Source: Podarcis erhardii (Eukaryota). From it: 64,000 nucleotides of DNA. Numbering within the stretch: the first letter of the stretch is position 1; every line of letters begins with the position of its first letter. This document shows positions 26,325 through 38,364 of the stretch, in pieces. Below the pieces are notes generated by a model, which worked only from the letters and a program-made list of their open reading frames with translations, was not told where the DNA came from and searched no databases. Made by a program: the position numbers and the translations under genes. Where the stretch lies: assembly GCA_964252035.1 (NCBI GenBank), contig OZ176205.1. One strand, written 5' to 3'.

Positions 26325-26480
26325 AATCACAGAATTGTAGAGTCGAAAGGGGTTCCCCAAGGGTCATCTAGTCCAAACCCCTGAAATGCAGGAATCTTGC
26401 CCACAGCCATCCCTGCGTGGGCTTGAACCACCAACCTTCTGGTTAACAGTCAGACAAATTGATCCATTGTGCCGCAGAGA
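26325..26480 (-). mobile_element. SINE with tRNA-Asn-like head and CR1-type 3' tail
   Basis: Minus strand tctctgcggcacaat...ctgttaaccagaaggttggtggttcaagcccacgcaggga (GTT anticodon loop), followed by the shared tail. Confidence 0.85.
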
Positions 26481-27639
26481 ATAAGCATGAGCCCCCATAG
26501 CATCAGCTGTCGATAGACTCCAGGAACTTAGCCTCACTGACCCCATGTGCCCCTTCCCACACTCCACCATGATCCAGTTTCTTTTCCAGTAGGTTACTTT
26601 GCACTCTCCTTGATCTAGTGCCAGTATCAAGCACCTGAGTCCTTGAGACTTTCCCCCTACATTCCAGAGAATCTGATAATGTCTCCCGGAAGATGTTAAA
26701 TGCTGCTGGCACCTACTCTGATAAACTTGCGTGCGCTATTCCCCTGAAACTTGTAAACAGTCCTTCTCCCACCACCCGGTCTTGCTATCCTATACCTCTC
26801 CCAGCATTGAAAAAGGTGTTTGTTTTGACTTGGAGGTGATAAATCCCCAGGAATAAACCTAACGCAGCCCAACAGTTCTTTATTTAATTTCTCCTTCCAC
26901 TGCGAAAGCCCTGAGAATAACTACCATTTCCTGCTGAAGAAGGAAGCAGTGTTTTCCTCGACTGTTATAAATATTACTTCCTTGCTTATATGTTTCCCAG
27001 TAATGGAAACAGGAGAAGAAATCTTCCCAGCCATAAAGTTTGTTGGCTAAAAAAAAAAAAAATTAAACCAAACTACGCCCAGCTTCCTTTCGACAAATCT
27101 GGAATGTTTATGGGAAATGGGAGACCGAGGTGTAACCACCTCAGTCCATATAGCCATGTGTGTGGTCAAGCAATATAAATAGGAGGAGCATAATGTGGCA
27201 AAACTTAGTGGCCACAAATATCCACTGAAATCTATGGGATAAAAATTAGTCACAATTATGCCTCTTGCCATTGCTGGATTTGGGTATGAAGGTTCCATCA
27301 GAGCAAACTCATTAGGTCACTGAGAAGATGATAATGCTGTGATGTGTTCATTTGGCTGTCAATTTTGATTTCTCCCAAAATTTTGCTTTCTCTTTTTTCC
27401 ACTCTTAAGTTCATTTCCATGTCAGTTCACTTTTTTTTTTAAGTCTTCACAAACATTTATCCTCATATGCACATTTTTCTATGCAATCCAAAAGACACAT
27501 TTTTGCAAAAGATTTCTATCCCATGTAATGTGTATTATGTGATTTCTGCAAATATATGCATTTTTAATGCACATTGCTTGGCTGGAAAACTGCATTGCAA
27601 AATTCAAAGAAGTGCAAATTTCAAAGGATGGCTATGTCC

Positions 27640-27803
27640 CAATTCATCCTGGAGGGAAAGCGACAAGTGGGGTGTCACAGGGTTCAGGGTTCTAGCCTGG
27701 GCCTGTTGTTGTTCAACATCTTTATAAACGATTCGGGTGAAGGAATTGAGGGGATGCTCATCAAATTTGCAGATAACACCAAACTGAGAGGGGCAGCTAA
27801 TGC
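27640..27803 (+). mobile_element. CR1 LINE reverse-transcriptase fragment
   Basis: Translates to QGSSLGLLLFNIFINDSGEGIEGMLIKFADNTKLRGAAN, matching the CR1 FADDTKL motif. Confidence 0.88.
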
Positions 27804-27874
27804 CTTGTTTCAGAAAGTGCAAATTATGTTGGTTTGCCTTTAAATGGGGACTGGATCAAATTTCTCCTCCATTC

Positions 27875-29730
27875 ACTTTTGGCGACTTCCGGGTTAGCGC
27901 GAACGGCTAATGGCGGATTCCCTCCGAGCTCCGGAGGGAATCGGCTCTACTGAAGACGGGTCTTGCCGTGCCAGCGAAACGGGGACCCTCAGAAACCGCA
28001 GGCGCGGAAGCCTGCGGACTTGGTGACTCGGTGGGTACCTTAAGCGCCCTCCCCGACCCACGAAGAGCCTTTTTAAAGGCTGCGGAGAGGGTACGGAGAG
28101 TGGCGTGGTGCTGAGAGTAGACCGCTACTTCAGTGGAGTGAAGCCGCAAGCCATGGCCGGAGAGCGCTGACTTTCTTCCCAAAATTTGGACTGGATAACA
28201 AAGGACCCGTGAGTAGTGGAATTTGGACTTTAAAAATTTTATCCTGTGAATTCGGCACGATCGGGGGATGTGTTAAAGGGAAGTCCGCACCCCCTCTACT
28301 TATAGACGATTTAAAGCAAGGAACGGAGAATTAAGGCGGAATGAATACTGTTTTGATGATTTAAAAGTTTTTCACAAATTTGATAGAAGAAGATTTTGTG
28401 CTGGAGAGAAAGGGAATTTTGGAACTTTGTGTGTAATCCCCCCCAAAAACCCGGGAGTGTCCTATTTGGGTGCCGGAGGAAGAAGTGAAAGGAGTTTGAC
28501 AGCTGTCAAAGAAGCTGTCAAACGGGCGGACAAAGTAAAGAATTTTGTTATTTAACAACTCTTGGAATTAAAGCTGATACATTTGGACTGAGGCGATTGG
28601 AAACAAAGTATTGATAATAACAAAGTAACAGATTATTGGAAAAGGACTACTAAATAACTGAAAGCCCCCTAGGGGGAATTAGTGACATTACAATGGCTGC
28701 AGAGGGAAAATTACTGGCGGAGATAGAAAAAATGTTCTTTCTCGTGGGAATCCTGCAGGAGCAGAGTATGGCTCTGAGTAAAGTTTTTATGACCTTGAAT
28801 TCTGAAACAAACAACTCTGCTGAATGCACAAAGGAGACGCATGATAAAAACTCTGCAGCTGAGCAGGAAGAGATGCCTTTGGAATTGACAGAGAAGAAAG
28901 AAGGAGTTCAGACACTACAAGTGGAAAATATCAACCAGGAATCTGCATTGTTAGAGTATGAGCAAGAAGACCTTTGGATTACAAACCTGCGAAAGATGAG
29001 AAAGAAGAAGAGAGAAGTCCCTGGAGTACTTGGAATATTAAAACTAAAAAGAATAAAGCAACGTGATTGGGACTTTCCTCTTGAGTATGGAAAACTAGAT
29101 GGTCTTTCGCAGCAAACACTCTTTAACATTCTGGATGAAAGAAAATATGATGTGACTCTGACTGAACTCCTTCGGGGTCTTAGGACCAACAAAGAGGATT
29201 ACCAACATAGTTGGCAGAGAGGGACTGACAGAGAATCAGACGCCTCGGACGTGAGGAATCCGGGCTAAGAACTATTTTTTGTTTGTTTTTTGGACATTTG
29301 TCTGGGAAGGGACAGAAACCGGGGCAGGGGGGGAGAGAATAGAACTATAAAATGTTATGTTTTGTTTTACTTGGTCAATGTGACCTATAATTAATATAAT
29401 AAAGGGAAAATTTGTGGAGGGGAAGTTAGATCGACCTTAAAAAAAAAGAAATTAATGATTATAAGAGAATTGGATAAGTTGAATATAGATAAACAAAAAG
29501 AATTTAATTTTTAAAAACAATATGAATATCTTTAAGAGGTTAGGTAAGAACTTGCTGAATTAATTTTGGAACTGGGATGTAAGAGGAGGGGGTGGGGGGA
29601 AGTCAATGAAAGTGGGTAAATAAAATTAGGGTATGTAATTGTATTTGTGTGTTTGTGTGTTTTTGTCTTTGTGTGTGTGTTTGTTGTTATAAAATGTAAA
29701 AACCCAATAAAAATTATTTAAAAAAAAAAA
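27875..29730 (+). mobile_element. Intact non-autonomous L1-type retroelement (1856 bp)
   Basis: Perfect 18-bp TSD caaatttctcctccattc (27857-27874, 29731-29748); CpG-rich 5' end; G-rich tracts, GT-rich stretch, AATAAA and poly(A) at the 3' end; no endonuclease or RT coding capacity. Confidence 0.9.
28693..29268 (+). CDS. 191-aa ORF inside the L1-type element; function unknown, possibly a divergent ORF1-like protein
   Basis: Uninterrupted ORF with a strong Kozak context (acaATGG), acidic Glu-rich middle and basic RKMRKKKR cluster. It is the longest ORF in the track. No family recognised. Confidence 0.5.
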   Translation: MAAEGKLLAEIEKMFFLVGILQEQSMALSKVFMTLNSETNNSAECTKETHDKNSAAEQEEMPLELTEKKEGVQTLQVENINQESALLEYEQEDLWITNLRKMRKKKREVPGVLGILKLKRIKQRDWDFPLEYGKLDGLSQQTLFNILDERKYDVTLTELLRGLRTNKEDYQHSWQRGTDRESDASDVRNPG

Positions 29731-32700
29731 CAAATTTCTCCTCCATTCCTAGCCGTGTGTTTTGCATTACCCCCTCCCCCCCCCAAAAAAATATTGTGGA
29801 ATGCAGGTAACAATGCATTTTGCAAAGCCTTGTTCTATTGGAAAAGGAGGCCATTCCAGGGAGGTTATCTCTCCTGAGTTGGTGAGAACCATCCTGGCTT
29901 ATTAGATTGTATCTTAACTTGTAAGGGCACTGGAAACTTGCAGAGACAGCTTTCAAATAATTCCAGGACAAAAGCCAAAACATGGTGCTTTCTCCCAAAA
30001 TGGTTTCTCTTCCAAGCAGGCCAGCCTAAGGTACATAGCGTTCAGTGCATTTAAAAATCAAATATATGTTACATAATTTTGGATTACTCCAAGAAAAGTC
30101 TCTGTTTACTACATTACCTCATTTGACAGAAGAACCTTTCCCAGCCCTCTGAAATGCAGTTCCCTCATGACATTTGGAAACTTTCCATCTTTGGTATGAT
30201 GCTATTTGTTTTTCACTTTAAAAAGAAAAGAAAAGTCTGTCTATTTCCCTTGTAGTATTTTTCTTTCACCCTCCTCCTCCTGCTTTAACACAAGGAATTC
30301 TGTGACATTGATCAAGTTTTATGGCACATTTGCATTAAAATCAAAATCAGGCTTGTCTTGAATGACTCTCTTCTGTGATCTTCAGATGCTGAAAAGAAAA
30401 GAGGGAAGAAGAAGAAAAGATTCCGGATTTAACTCCTAACCCCATGGCTCAGGGGTTGTTCTATGTGCTCCACTGATCTAGGGAAAGCAACATGTAGTTT
30501 CTTCCTGAAATCCAATTACAGCACATCCAGTTAGATCTGGCAGTACTGAAGGAAAGCAAAGTGGAGGGGGAGGCTGCTTCCTGCTAGGACAGAGATGCAA
30601 CTCAAACAAATTTCTAAGTGGAATCCTAAACATAGTTGCAAGGAAGTAACACCCAGTGAACTCAATGGAGCTTAGGACGGGATTCACTTAATAAAAACCA
30701 TCAGCAGAAGCACTGCTCAGGGACTTCCACTTGCAAAACAGGGCTTTACCCACTCTACATGTCCCATGTCCACCCCCAACAATTGAATATGGGGGCTCAG
30801 GAGAACCCAAAGTGCAATGCATGGGGTAGGAGAGGGGGAATCGTTCCACGGCCGTCATTCCACAACATTGAATCCCACCGTTAGTTCTGAGTAAACAAAC
30901 ATGTTTTGGATCGAACTGGAAGTATAGCCCTATTCACTCATTTAGGAATTGGGAAAATCAGCTCATGGGGGACCATGTGCTAACTCCCCCACCCCATCCC
31001 TCTTGTAAGCTGAAGGGTGGCTGCACAGAGCGAGCAATGTAGAACCCTGTGAAATTAGTCTGGTAGTTTGCTGAAGTGGATGTTGTGATCCTATTGATCC
31101 TGTTTATGATGACACCATCTTTTATTGTAACATTGCCTTGAGAAAATATTTGATTTTGAAAGGCAACAGACAGAATGATTAAATAATCTGTAAGAGAGAG
31201 AGAAGTGTTTCTGTGCTTGCTTGCATTCATCTCTAGTCACCATTGCTCCTTCCTTTCTTCCTCTCCCTTTATCTTGTCTTGGTTCAAATTTAAACTCATT
31301 GGATCACGGACATCTTGGGAGAACTCACAGCCCCACAGAAAGCAAGAAAGAGTTGAGTTGAAATGCAGTTCAGAAAACAAACACATTGTTCCATAATTTC
31401 TATGGGATGACGTAGAAATTAAGTAACACTGACAAATACAAAAATGGTTTTGGAGTAAAATGCACACCGGTGGGTGATATTATTAAAAGCAACCACTGTG
31501 CTCCATTAGCTTTCAGTGTTAGCAGCATGAGTCTTGCAGCTGATGAAGAAACATCTAGAAACACAATGTTCAGTTTCATAACACCCTTAATTAAACTTAT
31601 TCTTGCTTTCTCTTCTGGGTACATATGTTTTTGCTTACTAATTATAATGATATACTGTCAAAATAACATAAATATTTAGACTGCCTTGGTGTACTAGAAA
31701 CCTATATGCTGCTTCATGGTAATATGAGCTCAACCAGTCTGAGGCTTTCCAGGTTGTTCATTGCATCAATTTAATGCTTTCTTAACTTCCAGACGCACAA
31801 CATTTTTATCAGGTCTTCCATTACAACCACTGTGTGGTCACTGTGAGATTGACAACATGGGACAAATGTGGATTTGACTGCAAAATCCACCTAACAGCAG
31901 TTGGGATTAGCAGCTGAGATCCCAATATTGAAAATCACTCCCCACCTTTTTACAAATCCCAAATCTTCTTTATGCTTCTGTTAATTTTTGCTTAATCCGA
32001 TACCCCTACACAGGAAGAAACACAGCACACAACAAAACCCAAACTACAAATCTCATGTTATAAACTATCTCCAACGCCAATCTGAGAACTCTCCACAACC
32101 ATGTTTTAAACTGTGCTGTGTGACTAATCTTGTTCTCCCATACTTCTATTGTTTCTTGTTAAAAGAATAAATTGGATTGATCTTGATCTCTGATAAAATA
32201 TAAAGTGGTTTGAAGAGAAAATGTACAGCTTATCGATATGTTTGTGTGTCACTGAAAAGATGCCTTCAGCATATATTTCTATAGATTTCTTTTTTCAAGA
32301 ATTAAAGTTCTTTACCATTGTTCCAAAGGTCCTAGCAGCAGGAACAACCACTTTGTGTTACTTTCATAATGCCTCCTTTCATTTTCAGCAAGTGGACACA
32401 GAAAAGAATCCCAGAGATATTTAAACATGTGCTTCTGGGCTGATACGAAATCAGTCCATTTGACCTTGCATGACTTGCCCTCACTGGAAGTAGCTTTCCA
32501 GGGTCATGGGCAGAGGTGTGTCCTAGAACCTGCTCACCTGACCCTTAATACTGATAAAACTAGTGGCTGAACTTCTGACCTGCAGGCATAACATGTGCTC
32601 TGTCACTGAGCTGTTTCTGCTCTTTAGTGAAACTTGTGATTATGTGGTTGTGCAAGCATAGGGTCAGGAACTGCCTGGGCAACATTGCAGTGTGTGAGGC

Positions 32701-32821
32701 AGAGGCTGCCCTTCCCTGTTGACCTATGCACCCTGTACTACACTGCCATGGGAGTTTTGCATCCACCCTCCATATGGCAATATCTTCTCCAGGGCTGCAC
32801 ATATCGACTGCTAGCTTGCAG

Positions 32822-32880
32822 AAGGGCCATAGCCCAGTGGCAGAGTGCATGTTCTACATGCAAAAGATCCAAGCTCCATG
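32822..32880 (+). mobile_element. Decayed tRNA-derived SINE head
   Basis: gggccatagcccagtggcagagtgcatg... resembles a tRNA 5' half with an A box; no B box or tail confirmed. Confidence 0.4.
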
Positions 32881-35149
32881 AGTGACTTGCAGGGCTGTGC
32901 AGGTGGACCTGCATTGCCCTCCTGACTTTTCACTGTTGTACCTCACTGCTGTTTGCTGAGATGGAGAGGGGGAGACAGCAGGGAGCTCAGCATGGTGTGG
33001 GTGCAGCGCTGGGAGTGTCAGATTGTTTGCACCTCAGACCCCGCATCAGGCTGAGCACCCCACTGAATTGCCTCTCCCAGTAACCAGCAGCGACACATAG
33101 CGTTGTAAAGTCCAGAGAGCAACACAGCCCCACCCACACAGCTCTGTCAGATGCCACTGCCAGGTTCTTCACATATGGCTGGGAAAGACTTTTGCCTATG
33201 GCGCTTCAACTGACTTCAACTTCCATCCAGCCCTGCCAGCTTGGCCAGTGGTCAGGGTTGGTGGAAGGTTTGTTCCGCAACTAATTGTAGTTGTATGAGC
33301 TCTGGAGGGCAACAGGTTCCCCATACCTGCCTGTCCTACCTGCACACAGGCAGGCAAATCCATCGTGCTCATTAGGAATAATGGCGAAATAGTCACTCTG
33401 AAGTCCTATTGGCACTAGGCCCCAAAAGCAGAAATAAGGATCATAGAGGTGAATCTTGGGAAAATGCGATTTTTAAGATCCCTTTTTGTCCTGATTTAAA
33501 TGTCAGATGTTTTAAGACCTTGAAATAAAAAGACCCTGTCTGCAAGAGGAAGGGAACCTTTGAATCTAACCATATACATTTTAAGTTTCATTGTTGTGTA
33601 ACAAAAAACCTACGTTCATAAGCTTAAGATGGAGATAGCTGGCAACAGAAGGTTTGTGAATCTTCTCTGATCTGTATTTCTATGGCAGGGAAGAGCAGTT
33701 GAGGATGAATTAACAGAAGCATTTTCCATGATCTGAAAATTAACAAGGCTGGTTTAGCTAGGCTCAAACATTCTTTTCTGTTATTATTTTTTCTTCCAGA
33801 TGCTACAGTCCAAGGAAATTATTTATGAGAGGGAAAGGATTTGGGGAACAGCTAAGAAAGTGAGTTGTAATTGAGAAGCTTGAAGAAATGGAATGTGCCT
33901 CATTAACAAATGAAAAATGACAGCTACCTGTAGTTAGCCATTGTTTTTCTGTTGCCTCCTATTGTGTGTTGGATTCGAGGCTGGCTGTTTTGTCTCAGTT
34001 ATAGTTTTACCAAAACGATGGTGCAAACAAGAACTAAGGGGATGTTCCAAACCAAAGATCTGCCAGGATGAACATGTTAGGATGTGATGAATCTCTGGCA
34101 CAGTCCCTCATCCCAGCTCAGATGGATCCTAGCTCCATTCTGCTCCATCACACAACCTAGAAACCCAGCAGAACTTAATGCTGGCCAAAAAGGGTGGTGT
34201 AAGTTAAACTCTGTTTTAAAGGTTTGTTCCCCCTCTGACAAGCTCAGGCTGGCTCAGCAAGCAGTAGTCTCACTCCTGGATGGTATTTGGATCTGGCATA
34301 CTTTATATTGTCTTAATTTAAAGTGGCATAAATTATGCTGGCTTCCCATAGTGAGGATTGCTCTCTTAGTTGTGATAATGGGGTATTTGGATTAAGCTTC
34401 CTCCTATTCCTAAGAGGCCATGAGATTCAATCCATCTTCAGCATTCCCACCTTCAAGAGGTCTATGATTGCCTGTTAAAAGTGTATAATTACAATAGTAT
34501 CTCTTTACCTTGCTTTGTTCCTAAACCTGTTACTGAGAATTAATAACAGTGCTCTTATTAACCTTTAACGTATTTCCTTTGTGCTTAGCAATCTACCAAA
34601 ATAGTATCCTCCTTTTGTTTCTGTTTACTTCCTTTAGAATTCTGGTATGGAACTCCTAGGGAATTTTAGGTCCATTGCCTACGCTGAACCGTCAAAAGAT
34701 ATTAAAAGTCTTCTAGCATTTCCTCTTCTCCCATGGAGTTATATCTATTACCTAGGACGTGACGGTCTCACTTGCAACAGTAAACAATTTGTTTAACTTC
34801 TTCACAATAACGACATCATCTGTCATTAGTTTCTATCTCTGTTTCCAAGCAGACCTGCTGACTCCTTGTCAGTTCCTTCATAGGTATTTAAAGAACATCT
34901 TAATGTTCATCTTGATTTCCTTTGCTATTTGTGCTCTATAACTATGGTCGTCATTCTCACTCCCAACTGCCTTCTACTTTATTTAACTACATAGTTTATC
35001 TTCAAGGTTACAGCTGAAGAGGGTAATCAGCAAGGCCCATTCTGTGGGAAGAGTACAGACAGATGCATCTTCAAAGGCAATCATTCTGAAGATGGTGACA
35101 AACTAAAATCTGTCCCCTGGTTTCAGTAACTTTGCTTCACCTTGGGCCC

Positions 35150-35560
35150 AACCTCAAAATATTGCAAAATGCGTTTTTATACCTTAAGCCCCTATCTATT
35201 GCATAACTGCCGCCATTTTTGCACTGTGTGAATAACTTTCTGCTTTTGTCTGTTCTAAACCTGCTGCCAATCAGATTCGATTTTAGGAGAGGCAACATCA
35301 TTTTCACATTTCTAACACTATCCATCGTATTATTAGCTTCTGTATGCACTTCTCTCCTTTGTAATTCTTTCCTCAAGTAGTCCTACCTCTTAAATATATC
35401 CTCCTCACAGGAAAGATGTTTGAGTGCTTTACATCTTAGCCTCCCTTTTATATATCTACAGCTCAGCAATATCTTTTCAGCAAGGTGGGGATAAGAACCA
35501 CACTTGGTATTCCACAAGTGATATACCAGTGGTTAACAGAACGACGTTTTGATACCTGCT
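35150..35560 (-). mobile_element. Decayed CR1 LINE 3' fragment
   Basis: Minus-strand translation includes LIGSRFRTDKSRKLFTQ, like the CR1 ORF2 C-terminus. Confidence 0.75.
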
Positions 35561-37149
35561 GCTTTACTTTCAGTTCCTTTCTTTACCTTCCTGTTTTCTA
35601 AATTGAATTTTCCCCTTTTCCCAACACTAAAGTTTTCAGTGAGTGTTCATTGTGAGCCCTCAATCTGTTGCAGCCAGTTTAGTGTCTATGTGGGAGAGAT
35701 AATGCGTTTGTGATTCCACCTCTTGCTATGCTTGTTTTCTATTGAATTTTTTTTATTGAATGGAACATTAAAGCTAGCATCTCCCTTCTGCAATTTGAAG
35801 CAATACAGGCCCTAGTGACAGTCCAAAAGTAATTGGAAGAAAATATCTAGCTCAATCCAGTAGCTTTTCTTATGACAGTATTGCAATCTCTGAGCAATGG
35901 CACATTTTGAAACATATTTTAAAATGTATTTTGGAGGTACATTGGTACCCATAACTGTCTCCCCTCCCATGTTTTTAATTGTGTGTGATTTCCCCACACT
36001 CATCCAGTTTGTATACATGGAAAAGTGTTTGGGGAGAAAAAGGGTGCTCTTTAATTTCTAGGGTAACACTACTGCATGCCAACCTCACATTTTGACTGTT
36101 TGCATTAATGACTATAAGAAATCAAAATGATTAAAGGTCTTAGCCTTAATAGAACTGTTTGTTTTTGTAATCTTACTTGTTTCAAATCTCGATCAGACCA
36201 GATAGTCATTTCACTTTACTGTTATAATATTGCTTTGGCACAAATCTGGTGCAAGTATTAATACAAAATCAAGCTTCCTGTAGGGCAGTTGTTGGAAATG
36301 ATCTTGAAACCAAAACCAAAATAATGTCAGTTTTCACTTCTATAGGTTCAATGTAACATATACATATCTGGCAGGCTGATGGAGGAGACCACCCCTTGCG
36401 CGTATCTGTGTGCCAGGAAACCGGAAACCATGAGTTTGAATCTTGATTTTTATATAGAAGTTTTCTTGGATGCCTCCTAGCTTTTGACTCTTGCATTCTT
36501 AATGCCTGTTTGTGGTTGAGAGACTGGATTTGCAGACATTTGCAACAGTCTCCAGATGAGTAACAGAACAATAAACAAGGCACCAACTTCTAGTGTTATT
36601 TGGAGCACCTGTAATGGATGGGGCAGCAGGGGGCTCAGCCTTCCTTTCTTCTTTTGCTTAAGCATTCCAGGGTTGATTAGTGTCCTTTCCTTTAATGAAA
36701 TCATCTACCATTATTCTCTGGTTTGGAGCTAACAACAGCAATTACATTAGTGCCTTATAGCCTGAGTGTTGAACAATGATCACGAAAGGTATACAATGAT
36801 GTATTATTCTGCTCCAGCTTGCAGAGACAACAGTGATCCACCTCCTTGCTGAGGATTTCCTAATGATTTCTACTCCAAATGCAACAGGAACATAGCAAGT
36901 TAATTTTCTTTTGCTAGTTTAAAATAATGTATTGCTAAACATTGGACTAAAAATGGGAGGACTAACCAGCTAACCAAGTTTTAATCAGTATCAACCAATG
37001 TGTATAATGATGGATCTAGAAGGTGCTGAAAAGGCAAGGGACACTCCAATTTCAGGCATGCTTGGGGGACGCAGACTATCTGGCCCCATTTCAATCCAGC
37101 TTTGGGATCAAGTTCAGCAACAAAACTGCCTCACTCACCCTGGTTGACC

Positions 37150-38180
37150 TTTGTTAGGAGAGTGACAGAGGAAGAACAACCTTTTCGTTTCTCCTTAACC
37201 TCTCAACGTTTGATACCTGTGATCACTGTGTCCTCCCAGGGTGTTTTTGAGGGTTGGGAGTTGGGTTTCACCATGGTTCCACTCCCACCTCCAAGGCCAA
37301 TTTCAAGAGTAGCAATGGGAGACTACTGTTCAGCATCATGTGAGCTATCTTGTGGGGTTCCCTGGGGGTAATCTTGTCCTCTGTGCTTTTTAACGTTTAA
37401 ATGAAGCATGTCACCAGGGATTTGGTGTGCGGTGTTATCATTATAGTGATGACACCCAACCCTCTCTCTCCATTCCATCTCAAGTCTGGGAAGTAGGGAG
37501 AAGTCCAGTTTTGGATGGCATTGCACACCTTTGGAAGAAACAGGTATGTAGCTTAGGAGCTACTCCTTGATCCATCTATATCAATTGAGCCCCAGGTGGC
37601 CTCTGTGACCAGCTTTGGTTAGTTCATCAATTATGCCCTTTGCTAGATAGGGATATCTTGAGCATAGCAATCCATGTTCTGATAATGTTCAGATTGGACT
37701 ACATGAGAGCTACCTTTGAAGACAATCTGGAAGCTGCAACTAGAGCAGAATGAAGCCATGAGGCTGCTTGTGGGTACCTCTGCCAGACACATACTATGCA
37801 CTCTTGGAAGTTCTCAAATTTGCTACTGAACCCTATTTAAGATGTTAACACTGGCATATGAAGTGCTCAGTGACTTGGGCCTCCAATGTTTGAAGAAGCA
37901 GCTCCTTCCACATTGACTTGTCTGGGAGTTGATCATTAGGAGAGCTCCTATTGTGTTGGACCCCCCCCCCCCCATTCTGCGGTTTGAGTGGTGCATGAGG
38001 TCTTCTCTGTGGTTATGGAGGTGCATCTAGCACAATCGATGTATGTTTTTCAATGATTGCTCAAGATGTGCCTCTTTGCTTGTTCCTGCACTGCATTTCT
38101 GCTATTTTGTCATTGTGACTTTATTTTATGATTTTAATGTCGTTTGAATTGTGATAGTTTTGTAACCCACCCTGCAACCA
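37150..38180 (+). mobile_element. Decayed L2-clade LINE, RT region to 3' end
   Basis: RVAMGDYCSASCELSCGVP, a YxDDTQ-like segment (tatagtgatgacacccaa), an RLDY-like segment (agattggactac) and a T-rich 3' region; many disruptions. Confidence 0.78.
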
Positions 38181-38246
38181 TGTGGATACTATAAAAGTTG
38201 AGCTCTTCTCTTATGGAGTCTTCTGCACAAACCTTGCATGGTGCTG

Positions 38247-38364
38247 ATTCAGGACCCTAAACCGTGCTTTATATAAATGACTTTTATTTTGTTCTGTGTA
38301 TATTGCAATGTTTTTTGTTGCTATGGCCAACGGCTGAGGCAAATAAAGTTTCATTCATTCATTC
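38247..38364 (+). mobile_element. Short 5'-truncated non-LTR insertion with AATAAA and a (CATT)n tail
   Basis: Perfect 17-bp TSD aaccttgcatggtgctg (38230-38246, 38365-38381); insert ends aataaagtttcattcattcattc. Confidence 0.85.

Noticed and set aside
14542-26480. Functional tRNA-Ile, tRNA-Lys or tRNA-Asn genes
   Set aside because: The stems are broken by substitutions and each is fused to a CR1-type tail with no oligo-T terminator; these are SINE heads.
26503-26712. Minus-strand ORF with a faint LINE endonuclease-like phrase (KFLESIDS)
   Set aside because: Similarity too weak to assign.
27875-28260. Host-gene CpG-island promoter
   Set aside because: It lies inside the TSD-bounded retroelement, so it is the element's own leader.
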